Assembly: GCA_003228115.1 (NCBI GenBank)
Contig: QEVV01000004.1
Span: 165,577 to 229,576 of the forward strand
Source of the DNA: Chloroflexota bacterium
Lineage (GTDB): Bacteria; Chloroflexota; Dehalococcoidia; Lucifugimonadales; SAR202-VII-2
Reading direction: 5' to 3'
Length of the DNA stretch: 64,000 bases
The translations under genes were made by a program, and so were the position numbers. How positions within the stretch are numbered: position 1 is the first letter of the stretch; every line of letters begins with the position of its first letter. This document shows, piece after piece, positions 26,016 to 36,206 of this stretch. Under the pieces are notes generated by a model. That model saw nothing but the letters and a program-made list of their open reading frames with translations. It searched no databases and was not told the origin of the DNA.

Positions 26016-26216
26016 TGAGCCGCGCGAAGAACCACAACGCCACCTCAAAAACTGCCTCCGCCATCAATGAATCTGCTATCCCCCTTCATCGTCGTGGCCC
26101 AGGTGCCTCTCTTCGTCGTTGCGAGTTTTGGTACTCCCGATCGTGGCAAACTGGCGGGGGGCCATCCAAAAAAGCATGACCCCAACACCGGACAGCGATT
26201 CTCGTTGCTAAACCAC

Positions 26217-26246
26217 CGTAGGGGCGTTCAATTGAACGCCCCTACG
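26217..26246. repeat. Family-C 30-bp perfect palindrome (REP-like)
   Basis: Sequence cgtaggggcgttcaattgaacgcccctacg, preceded by the inverted tail ggacagcgattctcgttgctaaacc. Confidence 0.85.
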
Positions 26247-26279
26247 CCCGACATCCAACGACGTCCCACTCCCTACCCT

Positions 26280-26555
26280 AGCGGCCACTCCAACCTGTTC
26301 ACCGCGGGTGCAGGGGCACAGCCCCGCCGGGGGAGTGGGGGTGTCCCCCACACAACTAAACGTTCGAGGGCGGCGGGTGGGAAAGCAGCCTCAGCCACAC
26401 CGAACCTTCAGGCAAACAGCGGCCACTCCAACCTGTTCACCGCGGGTGAAGGGGCACAGCCCTGCCAGGGGAGTGGGGGTGTCCCCCACACACAACTAAA
26501 CGTTCGAGGGCGGGTGGGACAACAGCCTCAGCCACACCCAACCGCTCGCCCTCAG
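26280..26555 (+). repeat. 138-bp tandem duplication, each unit containing a family-A element (copies 5 and 6 at 26306-26396 and 26444-26534)
   Basis: agcggccactccaacctgttcaccgcgggtg... occurs at 26280 and again at 26418. Confidence 0.85.
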
Positions 26556-26763
26556 CCCGGTCACTCCAAGGCCCAACCTCCCTCGCGGCTCCTTGACGAA
26601 TTCCTGCGTCCAGTGATACAGTTCCAGACGGTATCGCGCAGTCAGGTAGTCCTAAAATCAGGGCGTTCTGACTCGCCTCCCCTGAGCTCCGGCCAAACCC
26701 GGCGACCCTTGGCGCCGGAGAAATGAGAGCCCTTAAGTCCACTCTGAAGGTTGAGGTTCCTCA

Positions 26764-28791
26764 ATGACCTGGATCATTATCGCAATCGCCCTTGGCATCG
26801 TATCGCTCGCTTTCGCGGGGTTTAAGACCCTTCGGGTACTCCGCGAAGATCAGGGCGATGACACGATCAAAAGCATTACGCTGGCCATCAAAGAGGGATC
26901 CAACGCTTTCCTTTATAGGGAATACCAGTACCTCATCGCCTTTGTGGCCATCATCTACGTGATAGTCACGTTCCTAATCGACTGGGAAACCGGTCTGGCT
27001 TACCTCGTTGGCGCTATAGCTTCCGGGGTCGCTGGCTGGGCAGGTATGAACGTCGCCGTCCGGGCCAATGGGCGCACAACAGCAGCAGCGATACGGGGCC
27101 TTAACCCTGCACTACGGGTTGCCTTCTCCGGCGGCACCGTCATGGGCCACACGGTTGTAGGCCTAGGGCTGGTGGCGCTCACCGCGACGTACCTCATATT
27201 CCAGGACATCACCATTGTCACAGGGCTGGGCTTCGGAGCATCCAGCATTGCCCTGTTTGCCAGGGTCGGAGGGGGGATATTCACCAAGGCAGCCGACGTG
27301 GGAGCTGACCTGGTGGGCAAGGTGGAGCAAGGCATCCCGGAGGACGACCCTCGCAACCCAGCCACCATCGCTGACAACGTCGGCGACAACGTTGGTGACG
27401 TTGCGGGCATGGGCGCCGACCTATTCGAGTCTTACGTCGGTTCAATCATCGCCGCAATAACCATTGCCGCCGGCACCGCCATCGGAATCGGCTATGACAG
27501 CCCCTACGCAGTGCTGCCGCTCGCCATAGCCGCAGCCGGCATCTTCGCCGGCATCATCGGCACCTTCTTTGTAAGCGCCAGCGAGAACGCTGGTTTCAGC
27601 ACGCTCCTTTGGGCATTGCGCCGGGGTGTTTTCGTGGCGGGAGCCTTGGTCATAGCACTGTCACTCGGCATTGTTCTCTATATGGACGTGTCCTTCAACG
27701 TGTTCTGGATCATCATGACCGGCCTCGTGTCGGGAATCCTTATCGGCCTTGCCACGGAGTACTACACCTCCTACGAATACAAGCCAACCAGGAACGTGGC
27801 GGAGCAGAGCCTGTCTGGCCCAGCAACCACCATCATTAGTGGTTTCGCCACAGGCATGCAGAGCACCGTCATCCCGGTGATCGTCGTCGGCACGGCCATC
27901 ATCATCTCCTTTAAGCTTGCAGAGGCAATTCTGCCCGGTTTGGGCTTTTATGGAGTCGCCCTAGCCGCCGTCGGCATGCTATCCACACTGGGCATCACGC
28001 TTTCAACCGATGCCTACGGCCCAATTGCTGACAACGCCGGTGGCATAGCAGAGCAGGCCCACCTTGACCCTTCAATCCGCCAGCGCACCGACGCCCTTGA
28101 CTCCTTGGGCAACACGACTGCAGCAACCGGCAAGGGATTCGCCATTGGCTCTGCGGCCTTGACCGCCCTCGCCCTAATGGCCGCCTACGCCAACGCAGTT
28201 GGCCTGAATGACGGCATTGATATTCTCAACTTCCGCACCCTGGCTGGGGCGCTCGTTGGGGGCATGTTGCCCTTCATCTTCAGCGCCCTGACTATGAACG
28301 CCGTTGGCCGCGCCGCCCACGAGATCGTTAATGAGGTGCGGCGTCAGTTCAGGGAGATCCCCGGAATCATGGATGGCACTGGCCGTCCTGACTACGCCCG
28401 GTGCGTGGACATGAGCACCAAATCGGCCCTGCGGGAGATGGTGATCCCGGGCCTCATTGCAGTCCTTGTTCCGCTTGCCGTTGGCTTCGTCCTTGGCCCT
28501 GAGGCTTTGGGAGGCCTACTGGTGGGAGCCATTATCAGTGGTTTCATGATGGCCCTTACCATGTCTACCGCAGGCGGCGCATGGGACAACGCCAAGAAAT
28601 GGGTGGAAGCTGGCAACCTCGGCGGCAAGGGCTCTGACGCCCACAAGGCAGCCGTCGTCGGCGACACTGTTGGAGATCCCTTCAAGGACACATCTGGCCC
28701 GTCTCTGAACATCCTACTGAAGCTCATGGCCATTGTTGCCCTGGTATTCGCACCCGTCTTCCTCGAGGTAACGCCACTAATCGGCGGGTAA
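26764..28791 (+). CDS. hppA: membrane-bound pyrophosphatase (K+-dependent type, H+ or Na+ pumping)
   Basis: Motifs [27 protein letters not shown] and [18 protein letters not shown]. The Ala in GNTTAA indicates the K+-dependent subfamily. Confidence 0.95.
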   Translation: MTWIIIAIALGIVSLAFAGFKTLRVLREDQGDDTIKSITLAIKEGSNAFLYREYQYLIAFVAIIYVIVTFLIDWETGLAYLVGAIASGVAGWAGMNVAVRANGRTTAAAIRGLNPALRVAFSGGTVMGHTVVGLGLVALTATYLIFQDITIVTGLGFGASSIALFARVGGGIFTKAADVGADLVGKVEQGIPEDDPRNPATIADNVGDNVGDVAGMGADLFESYVGSIIAAITIAAGTAIGIGYDSPYAVLPLAIAAAGIFAGIIGTFFVSASENAGFSTLLWALRRGVFVAGALVIALSLGIVLYMDVSFNVFWIIMTGLVSGILIGLATEYYTSYEYKPTRNVAEQSLSGPATTIISGFATGMQSTVIPVIVVGTAIIISFKLAEAILPGLGFYGVALAAVGMLSTLGITLSTDAYGPIADNAGGIAEQAHLDPSIRQRTDALDSLGNTTAATGKGFAIGSAALTALALMAAYANAVGLNDGIDILNFRTLAGALVGGMLPFIFSALTMNAVGRAAHEIVNEVRRQFREIPGIMDGTGRPDYARCVDMSTKSALREMVIPGLIAVLVPLAVGFVLGPEALGGLLVGAIISGFMMALTMSTAGGAWDNAKKWVEAGNLGGKGSDAHKAAVVGDTVGDPFKDTSGPSLNILLKLMAIVALVFAPVFLEVTPLIGG

Positions 28792-28809
28792 GGTTCTACA
28801 CAGAAAACC

Positions 28810-28856
28810 AGAGACCCCAGGTAGCCGCATGTGGCTTCCTGGGGTCTCTTCCTTTT
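28810..28856 (+). terminator. intrinsic terminator
   Basis: agagaccccagg ... cctggggtctct 12-bp stem followed by tcctttt. Confidence 0.75.
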
Positions 28857-29017
28857 ACGAGCGCTCTTGGGAAAAATGCGTTTCTGCCTGGGCGTCATTC
28901 AACACCCGTCCATTACGCCCAGCCTGTGGCAAACCGCATCCATAGCGCAATGCCTGTCCACATCCTATGGCCCCACGCCTACAACCCATCAAGGCCTAGT
29001 CTGCCAGGACTACGTCG

Positions 29018-29656
29018 CTACGGCTGTCCACCCTGCCTAAAATCACCACGCCCTCCAAATGGGCCCTGAGCCAACCCCTCGCCACCGATCGTAATGGTCC
29101 GGGCCACTACCACGCCGTCCTCATTTCGGGCGCCGACAACTGTAACGGTAATTCCCTCTCCGAGATCGGCCGCTGTGCCAGAGGAGAATAGCTGAATCAA
29201 CGTGTTCTCATCGATAGCCGCCTGCAACACGCCCTGCGGAGTATCAACCGAGACCATGTTGCCATCTATAGCCTCAACTACCCCCTGGAGTAGGCCCCCG
29301 TCTCCCAGGGTCCCACCTCCTCCAAAGCCACCGGCGCCACCTCCTCCTTGAGCAAAGCCACCACCATCCTGGCCCGCCAGCCCCTGAAACTGAGAGCGAA
29401 TCTGTTCGATCTCTTCTTGGCTAACATCTCCGGACTGGATCCGCTCCCTCAGGGTCGCCAGATCGTTGATGCTAAGCTGGTCAGCGCCTTCCTGCGACTG
29501 GGGCGTTGGAAGGACCTGACCAGAAGATAGCTGCACCGTCGCGTCCGGGGTCTTCGCTTCCCCCACCGCAACGCCTCCCAAGAAGGACCCGCCAAGGGCC
29601 CCGCCAATGACCAAGGCCGCCACAACCAGCATCAGAAACGGTTTTGTGTTGCTCAT
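29018..29656 (-). CDS. secreted or membrane-anchored Gly-rich protein, last gene of the efflux operon
   Basis: ATG 29656 is preceded by GGAGGAGGGGGG. N-terminal TM helix, a GGGFAQGGGGAGGFGGGG tract, and a beta-rich C-terminus resembling the adaptor protein C-terminus. Confidence 0.5.
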   Translation of the reverse strand: MSNTKPFLMLVVAALVIGGALGGSFLGGVAVGEAKTPDATVQLSSGQVLPTPQSQEGADQLSINDLATLRERIQSGDVSQEEIEQIRSQFQGLAGQDGGGFAQGGGGAGGFGGGGTLGDGGLLQGVVEAIDGNMVSVDTPQGVLQAAIDENTLIQLFSSGTAADLGEGITVTVVGARNEDGVVVARTITIGGEGLAQGPFGGRGDFRQGGQP

Positions 29657-29710
29657 ATTACTTCCCCCCTCCTCCGATTCGTTCCGAGTTACCACAGACC
29701 TGCGGTGCGA

Positions 29711-30955
29711 TTACTCGTGCCGCAGAGCCTCAATTGGATGCAGGCGGGCTGCCCGCATGGCCGGGTAGATTCCGAAGAACAACCCAATTGCGGCCGACAC
29801 CACCAATGCCAACACAGCTATGTCACCGCTGAAAGTGGTATTGAAGGTCTGGGTACCCAGGGTCCAACCGTCCGCTAGGCGGGACAAGAGAATACCCAAT
29901 AACACTCCAATACCGCCCCCTCCAATGCTTAGCAGGGTCGCCTCCGTAACGAAGTGGAACAGAATGTCCCGCCGTTTCGCCCCCATTGCTTTGCGGATCC
30001 CGATTTCCCGCGTCCTCTCTGTCACCGACACCAGCATGATGTTCATGATGCCAATGCCGCCAACCAGCAGCGATATCCCGGCAATGGCCCCTAGAAAGAG
30101 CACGAATGTGTCCGTGGTCTCTTCCAAGGTCTCCAGAGTTTCCTGTTGGCTGGAAATGCTAAAGTCGTCCTCTCCGTTGATACGATGCCTCAATCGGAGC
30201 AAAGTAGAGATCTGTGCGGTAGCAGCATCCATTTCATCTGCACTTGCCACCTGCACATTGATAGTCTGAACACTGACGCCGCCCTGCGCCGTCCGCTCCG
30301 AGGCCAGGCGGTAGTACACCGTTGTAATCGGCACCAAGATTTGGTCGTCCAATAGGCCCTGAAGACCACTTCCCTGGCTTTCCAGAACGCCGATTACCGT
30401 GAACTGCCTGCCATTGATCCGGACGAATTGCCCCACCGGGTCCCGGAGGTCAAACAGTTTGTCCGCCACCTGCGACCCCAGCACCGCCACCAAGGAGCGG
30501 TTCTCCACATGTATGTCGGAAATGAACTGGCCAGACTCAACAGGGAAGTTTCTCACCGTCTCATACTCCGGCGTCACTCCTACGATCTGCGTGGAAGCGT
30601 TCTCCCTACCAGCCACCACCTGCCCTCCGGTCCGTAGCTCTGGAGCCACTGCCAGCACCGATGGAGCGAAAATCGGGTCCACAAGGGCTTCCGCATCTTC
30701 AAGCGTCAATGTCGCGGCAGAGCCCTGAGCACCGGCTATGCCACCTTGTGTCGTCGCACCCGGCCTGACGAAAAGCAAATTGGTGCCCAGAGATTCGATG
30801 CTGGAGGTAATGGCCTCCTGTGCTCCCCTGCCCACGGACATAAGGGAAATGACGGCAGACACCCCGATAACAATACCCAAGAGGGTAAGGCTCGCACGAA
30901 GCTTGTTCGACCCTAGGGAAGAAAGCGCCGTAGCTACGACCATGAGGGGCGTCAT
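29711..30955 (-). CDS. ABC transporter permease (MacB/FtsX-like)
   Basis: N-terminal TM helix, a large periplasmic domain and a C-terminal FtsX 3-TM bundle (REIGIRKAMGA motif). Confidence 0.9.
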   Translation of the reverse strand: MTPLMVVATALSSLGSNKLRASLTLLGIVIGVSAVISLMSVGRGAQEAITSSIESLGTNLLFVRPGATTQGGIAGAQGSAATLTLEDAEALVDPIFAPSVLAVAPELRTGGQVVAGRENASTQIVGVTPEYETVRNFPVESGQFISDIHVENRSLVAVLGSQVADKLFDLRDPVGQFVRINGRQFTVIGVLESQGSGLQGLLDDQILVPITTVYYRLASERTAQGGVSVQTINVQVASADEMDAATAQISTLLRLRHRINGEDDFSISSQQETLETLEETTDTFVLFLGAIAGISLLVGGIGIMNIMLVSVTERTREIGIRKAMGAKRRDILFHFVTEATLLSIGGGGIGVLLGILLSRLADGWTLGTQTFNTTFSGDIAVLALVVSAAIGLFFGIYPAMRAARLHPIEALRHE

Positions 30956-31680
30956 GACCCATCCTCCCCCAGCCGCTCAGCTTCTGTCGCATCCAATGGT
31001 GAAAGCACGGGCTCGTCCGTGATAATGGCCCCGTCACTAAGGGTCACAATCCGCCGTGTGTGAGCCGCAATATCGCGCTCGTGGGTGACCACAATGATGG
31101 TAATTCCCTCGTCCCGATTGAGCCGCTGAAGCGTGCCCATGATCGAAGCGCTGGCCCCGCTGTCCAGATTCCCTGTTGGCTCGTCAGCCAGCAAAAGGGC
31201 CGGCTGCTTCACCAACGCTCTGGCAATTCCCACCCGCTGCTGCTCACCGCCAGACAGCTCCACCGGGCGATGGCGAGCCCTGTGTGCCAGGCCCACTCGG
31301 TCCAGGGCCGCCATCGAACGCTTCCTGCCCTGCCGCCCGTTGCCATAGAGCAACGGCAACTCCACGTTGGCGATCGCCGTCAACCTTGGAAGAAGGTTGT
31401 ACGTCTGAAACACGAAGCCGACCTTCCGGTTGCGAATCTCTGCAAGCCGGTCGTCTTTGAGATGTGTCACCTCTTCGCCATCTAAAAGGTAGCTCCCGGC
31501 CGTGGGGATGTCCAAGCACCCCAAAATGTTCATCATGGTGGACTTGCCTGACCCCGATCGTCCCACCAGGGCCATCATCTCCCCCTGCTCCACAGCAAGA
31601 GAGACATCTTGCAATGCCCGCACCTCTACACTGCCCATCCGGTATGTTTTGCTAACGTTTTCTAGCTTAATCATCGGCAT
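30952..31680 (-). CDS. ABC transporter ATP-binding protein (MacB/LolD-type)
   Basis: Walker A GRSGSGKST, signature LSGGEQQRV, Walker B LLLADEPTG. Confidence 0.95.
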   Translation of the reverse strand: MPMIKLENVSKTYRMGSVEVRALQDVSLAVEQGEMMALVGRSGSGKSTMMNILGCLDIPTAGSYLLDGEEVTHLKDDRLAEIRNRKVGFVFQTYNLLPRLTAIANVELPLLYGNGRQGRKRSMAALDRVGLAHRARHRPVELSGGEQQRVGIARALVKQPALLLADEPTGNLDSGASASIMGTLQRLNRDEGITIIVVTHERDIAAHTRRIVTLSDGAIITDEPVLSPLDATEAERLGEDGS

Positions 31681-31685
31681 CGCCC

Positions 31686-33683
31686 CTATCTTTGCTGGTT
31701 CGCGCCGCCACCACCACCACCAGGGGCGGCGCCATTCGGCCTGAACTGACCTCCGCCTCCCTGTACGGCTCCGCCAAAGCCTCCGCCTCCAAAGCCACCC
31801 CCGCCACGAAGTGCAGCGAAGTTAAGGCCTCCTACCGACGCCGCCTCGGTCTCAATAACCACCTGTTCGCCCGGAACAAGACCCGCCTCGATGACCACCC
31901 AGAAGTCGTCGTTGCTACCCAGAGTTACGGGGCGGTCCACCAGGTTGCCATCCTCAAGTACCAGCACCGTTGGCTGGGCCACGGACCCACGGATCGATTG
32001 GAGAGGCACCAACAGCACGTTCTGCTCCTCCCGGATGATGACAGCAGCTACGGCTGTCAGGCCCTCTCTTAACGACACTCCCTGTGGCACTTCCACCCGA
32101 ATGCTTATCGGATAGGTAACCACTCCATTTTGGTTATTGCCCGTGGCAGCGACGCTCGAGACCGAGCCGGCCAACGTCTGGCCGGGCAGAGCGTCCAGCG
32201 TCACCGCCGCCTGAGCTCCCACCTGAACGAACAGCACATCAATCTCGTCGACTATGCCATCCACTTCCAGGACCGTGGGGTCCACCACCTCGAATGCAGC
32301 AGTATTACCATTGACTGCCTGCCCCTCTTCCACATTCACCAGCGAGACCATGCCGTCCATCGGCGAACGTAAAACAGCGTCGTCGAGCCGTTCTTGGGCC
32401 TGTTCAAGAGACGCCTGAGCGGAGGCCGCCTCCGCCTCACGAAGGGCAATATCCAGGGAATCGCCCCCCGCATTGATCTCTGCCAGGACTTCCTCAGCAG
32501 TGTCTAGGCTTGCTACCGCCAACAAGAGCTTGCTCTCTTTGATCTGAACGTCCAGCAAGTCAACATCTTCCTGGAGATCGGCAAGGGTCTCGCGATCAGC
32601 CTCAAGGCGCCTCTCGGCGTTTTCCACCGATGCCTCGGATGCGGCAAGGGCTTTAGCTCCCGCCACCTGTAACTGCTCAAGGTCATTCTTCGCTATTTGA
32701 TAGGCATCCCACCTGTCCTCCATCTCCTGAGCAATGCACAGGCTCTGGGGAGGCATCAACCCGTCCTCGCAAGACACGAGAATCTGGCCGGGGAACAGGT
32801 TCACCCATGCGAACACCACCGGTTCGCTCCACACTGTGGCAGGATCATCAAACGGAAAGTTAGCCGTCGTCCGCCCCCCACTAGAACGAGCCTCCTCGCC
32901 GAAGAGCGTCTCGAGTTCTATGGCTAGGGAGGCCAACAGTTCGTCGGGGTCCAAGCTCGCTGCATCATCCGCCACCTCGATGCCCAGCCATCGCTCGAAA
33001 ACCGAGCGGTAGTTACTGAGAGCTTCGGTGCTAACGGCAGGAGCATCCTCAAGCGTCTGGTCCCATTCGGCAATCGTCAGACGCTGCTCTGCTTGGATGT
33101 TGGACAGCGACTCCTCAGCCGCAGCAACATCTGTCTCGGCGTTGGCTACTTCGGCCGTAGAAGGTCCGGCCTTTAGCTCTTCCAAAGAGTCTTCGGCATC
33201 CTGAAGCGCCTTGCGAGCGTTGGCCACAACAAGTTCCGACTGGGCCTTTTGCTCTTCGGAGTAAGGCGACTGGGCCTCTTCCAGCGATGTCTCGGCCCTG
33301 TCCAGGTCTACCCGCGCTTGGGCCACAGCCCTTTCAAGCCCAGTCACAGTCGCCGCATCAAAGGACGCCAATGGCTGGCCATCTTCTACCAACTGGCCCT
33401 CAACCACCGCCACCTGGCCTATTGTCCCTTGTGACCCAAAGGTGAGCGTCTCGCGAGTAGCAAAGAGAAGGCCGCCGCTAACGGACACCTGGTTTACCAG
33501 GTCATTGATCTGGGCCGGAATCGTCTGCTGGTTGTCGGCCAGGGCAGTGGACGGGGACTTGTTGACCAGAGAATAGATGCCGTAGACAGCACCTCCGGTC
33601 CCCAACACCACAGCCAGGAGGACCAAGACCTGCCACGGCCGCAAAGTTTTAAGTGCGTCGATCAACGATTGCATAATGCCCAC
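31686..33683 (-). CDS. HlyD/MacA-like periplasmic adaptor with an unusually long coiled coil and a Gly-rich tail
   Basis: N-terminal TM helix, lipoyl-like halves flanking about 350 aa of helical repeats, a beta-barrel part, and the C-terminal tail GGGGFGGGGFGG...GGGGGG. Confidence 0.8.
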   Translation of the reverse strand: MGIMQSLIDALKTLRPWQVLVLLAVVLGTGGAVYGIYSLVNKSPSTALADNQQTIPAQINDLVNQVSVSGGLLFATRETLTFGSQGTIGQVAVVEGQLVEDGQPLASFDAATVTGLERAVAQARVDLDRAETSLEEAQSPYSEEQKAQSELVVANARKALQDAEDSLEELKAGPSTAEVANAETDVAAAEESLSNIQAEQRLTIAEWDQTLEDAPAVSTEALSNYRSVFERWLGIEVADDAASLDPDELLASLAIELETLFGEEARSSGGRTTANFPFDDPATVWSEPVVFAWVNLFPGQILVSCEDGLMPPQSLCIAQEMEDRWDAYQIAKNDLEQLQVAGAKALAASEASVENAERRLEADRETLADLQEDVDLLDVQIKESKLLLAVASLDTAEEVLAEINAGGDSLDIALREAEAASAQASLEQAQERLDDAVLRSPMDGMVSLVNVEEGQAVNGNTAAFEVVDPTVLEVDGIVDEIDVLFVQVGAQAAVTLDALPGQTLAGSVSSVAATGNNQNGVVTYPISIRVEVPQGVSLREGLTAVAAVIIREEQNVLLVPLQSIRGSVAQPTVLVLEDGNLVDRPVTLGSNDDFWVVIEAGLVPGEQVVIETEAASVGGLNFAALRGGGGFGGGGFGGAVQGGGGQFRPNGAAPGGGGGGANQQR

Positions 33684-33685
33684 CC

Positions 33686-35062
33686 TTACTGTTCAAAAGT
33701 ATCCGTCGCGTCAGAAATATGGAGATCAAAAGAGAACGTTGTGCCCACCCCTACGGTGCTTTCAACTCGAATGTCAGAGCCGTGGGCCATTACGAGCTGG
33801 CGGGCGATGGTCAGCCCAAGCCCTGCGCCTCCCGTGCTCCGGGTCCGCGACTGGTCCACCCTGTAGAAACGCTCAAACACCATCGCCAGGTTTTCCGGAG
33901 AAATCCCCTCGCCGGTGTCAGCCACGGAGACCGTCACCAGCCCTTCACCAACTTCCGCTGAAGCTGTTACCTGGCCTCCCGCCAAGGTATGGACAATCCC
34001 GTTATCCAGCAGGTTACCCACAACCTGGGAAAGCCTCGTCCTATCCATGCTGACCAGCGGCAAGTCCTCAGGCAATTCCAAAGAGAGAGCCACGCCCTTG
34101 GCGTCGGCTCTGGCCCGGAACGCCTCCACAGACCGCTGCAGAGCATTCCCTAGCGAGTCTGGCTCAATCTGAAGCCGTAGGTCCCCAGCCTCTAGGTGCA
34201 CCAGAAGGCGTAGGTCTTCCAGCAGGTCGGCAAGGTGCAGCACTTGCTGATGAATAACGTCGATTGTGGTCCCGTCCGGTTGCAGCAGGCCGTCCTTCAT
34301 CGCCTCCAGATAGCCCTGAATATTAGAGAGGGGCGTACGTAGCTCATGCGCCACGTCGGCAATGAGGTTGCGGCGATGTTGCTCCGCTCTTTGCAGGTTT
34401 TCGGCCATCCCATTGAAAACCTGTGCCATCTCTTTGACCTCGCGCGGGCCTCCCTCAGCTATGCGCTGGGAGAGGTCGCCCTGCCCCAGGGCCCTCGCCG
34501 CCGATGTCAGGGATTGCACCGGCGAAAGCACCCGTCGCGATGTGAAGGACACCAGCACTACGCCCGCAGCGCCTGCGATCAAACCCGTCCACAGAATGGA
34601 GCGGTTCAGCCGAGAAACTAGCCCGCTAACCACGGGTTCAGGAGGCAGCCCAGGAGCAATACTTTCGGCGACTGAAAAGGAGCCCACCTGCTGTCCCTGG
34701 CTCTCCAAAGCGAGTTGCTCGAATATATATCGAGGCTCGAAGGGGGGCCGGCCAAACAGGCGATGCGAGTCCCCAATGACGTTTCCTTCTCTGTCCCTGA
34801 CCAATATCCTCCAACCGTAGAGCGACCCAGCCTGTTCCAGGGCTTCCTGAAGGCCGGATTCTGGTCGGCGCTGAACATAGAACTGGTTGACTAGGTTCTC
34901 CAGTCTCCGAGCGCGGGCCTCTTCCACTTCCTCCTGGAACCGGTCGGCCTCCCTCTGGGCTGCGTACCCCGTGTAGAGGCTGAGACTAGTCAGCGCCACG
35001 ACCAAAACGGCAGTGAAGCCAAGCAGCAAGCGAAATTGAAGGCCAGTGAACCATTTACGCAT
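33686..35062 (-). CDS. sensor histidine kinase (HAMP-HisKA-HATPase_c)
   Basis: H-box ADVAHELRTPL, N-box VVGNLLDNGI, G-boxes DTGEGI and GGAGLGLTI. Confidence 0.9.
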   Translation of the reverse strand: MRKWFTGLQFRLLLGFTAVLVVALTSLSLYTGYAAQREADRFQEEVEEARARRLENLVNQFYVQRRPESGLQEALEQAGSLYGWRILVRDREGNVIGDSHRLFGRPPFEPRYIFEQLALESQGQQVGSFSVAESIAPGLPPEPVVSGLVSRLNRSILWTGLIAGAAGVVLVSFTSRRVLSPVQSLTSAARALGQGDLSQRIAEGGPREVKEMAQVFNGMAENLQRAEQHRRNLIADVAHELRTPLSNIQGYLEAMKDGLLQPDGTTIDVIHQQVLHLADLLEDLRLLVHLEAGDLRLQIEPDSLGNALQRSVEAFRARADAKGVALSLELPEDLPLVSMDRTRLSQVVGNLLDNGIVHTLAGGQVTASAEVGEGLVTVSVADTGEGISPENLAMVFERFYRVDQSRTRSTGGAGLGLTIARQLVMAHGSDIRVESTVGVGTTFSFDLHISDATDTFEQ

Positions 35063-35744
35063 CGCCGAACCTATAACCTACGCCGTAGACCGTGTGAATA
35101 TACCGGGCACCGTTGGCGGCTCGCTCCACCTTCCGGCGCAGGTTGGAGACGTGAGCGTCCACGGTGCGGTCAAATCCTTCGAAATCAGCGCCAAGGACTC
35201 GATCGATGATGCGATCTCTGGAGACCGGAACGCCGGGATGGCGCATCATGATCACCAAGATGTGGAACTCAGTTGGAGTGAGACGCAGGTGCGTCTCACC
35301 CGCCCAGACCGCCCGCCTGAGCATGTCCACCTTCACGTCCCCATACGACAATTCGGACGGGCCGGGGTCTGGAGCGATCCGCGAGGTGCGCCGCAACACA
35401 GCCCGGACCCTGGCGCTCAGTTCCTTGGGGCTGAAGGGCTTGGTCACATAGTCGTCTGCACCCAGTTCAAGCCCTTCAAGTCGGTCTTCCTCTTCCACAC
35501 GAGCCGTAAGCATAATGATAGGTACCGCCGACTCTTCGCGAAGCTGGCGACACACCTCCAGGCCATCGATGGAGGGAAGCATCAGGTCTAGAACTACTAG
35601 GTCCGGCTTCATCTCCCTAGCGAGCCGGAGCCCTTCTCCACCGTCCCCTGCGGAAAGCACCTTGTAGCCATCACGCCTAAGGTAAAGAGTCACAATCTCA
35701 ACAGCGTTGGGGTCGTCTTCAACGATGAGTACCGTGCCTGCCAT
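35055..35744 (-). CDS. OmpR-family response regulator
   Basis: Receiver DLVVLDLMLP with Asp, and a winged-helix C-terminus (LTPTEFHIL...VYGVGYRF). Confidence 0.95.
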   Translation of the reverse strand: MAGTVLIVEDDPNAVEIVTLYLRRDGYKVLSAGDGGEGLRLAREMKPDLVVLDLMLPSIDGLEVCRQLREESAVPIIMLTARVEEEDRLEGLELGADDYVTKPFSPKELSARVRAVLRRTSRIAPDPGPSELSYGDVKVDMLRRAVWAGETHLRLTPTEFHILVIMMRHPGVPVSRDRIIDRVLGADFEGFDRTVDAHVSNLRRKVERAANGARYIHTVYGVGYRFGDA

Positions 35745-35956
35745 GAGATCGCTCCTCTTCTTCCCATCTGCATTACGTGAGGTGCCGGGCCTATCGTCCC
35801 TCAGAGCTAGTGAATGAATCGCCGCACCCTGTTACCGCCTTTCCGGCGAAGGCCGAAAGCCATCGACACCCGGCCCATTCCAGTATGCGCATTTGATAAA
35901 CGAAGCGCCCTCCTGGGTTCAGCCCTCCCCGCAGTCGCCTCAGAACCGCCTTCCCA

Positions 35957-36046
35957 GGGTGCAGGGGGCTTGCCCCCGCCGGGGTCTGGGGTGTCCCCAG
36001 AACAAGAAACGTTCGTGGGCGGTGGGGGGGGAAGACGGCGTCTGCG
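35957..36046 (+). repeat. Family-A element, copy 7
   Basis: Sequence gggtgcagggggcttgcccccgccggggtctggggtgtccccaga..aacgttcgtgggcggtgggggggg. Confidence 0.8.
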
Positions 36047-36106
36047 CTGCCACCCCTCAGCCAACACGAAGCTCCAACCTTTTGTACCCGACCACCCGTC
36101 CTACCG

Positions 36107-36168
36107 GGGTGCGGCGGCGCAGCCCCGCCGGGGGTCACAGGGAGGGAACAAGGGGGAATATTCGTTTG
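36107..36168 (+). repeat. Family-A element, copy 8 (degenerate, 3' part missing)
   Basis: Sequence ggggtgcggcggcgcagccccgccgggggtcacagggaggg... Confidence 0.6.
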
Positions 36169-36206
36169 GTAAAGTATGCTCTTGTGCACGTAATAGAGAG
36201 ACCAGC

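Noticed and set aside
26067-26726. 219-aa ORF, plus similar ORFs at 2203-2391, 6402-6590, 22939-23169, 35814-36563, 47877-48347 and 61221-61664.
   Set aside because: They are translations of family-A repeat elements (recurrent GAGAKPRRGSGGVP-like peptides) in intergenic DNA and are not protein-coding.
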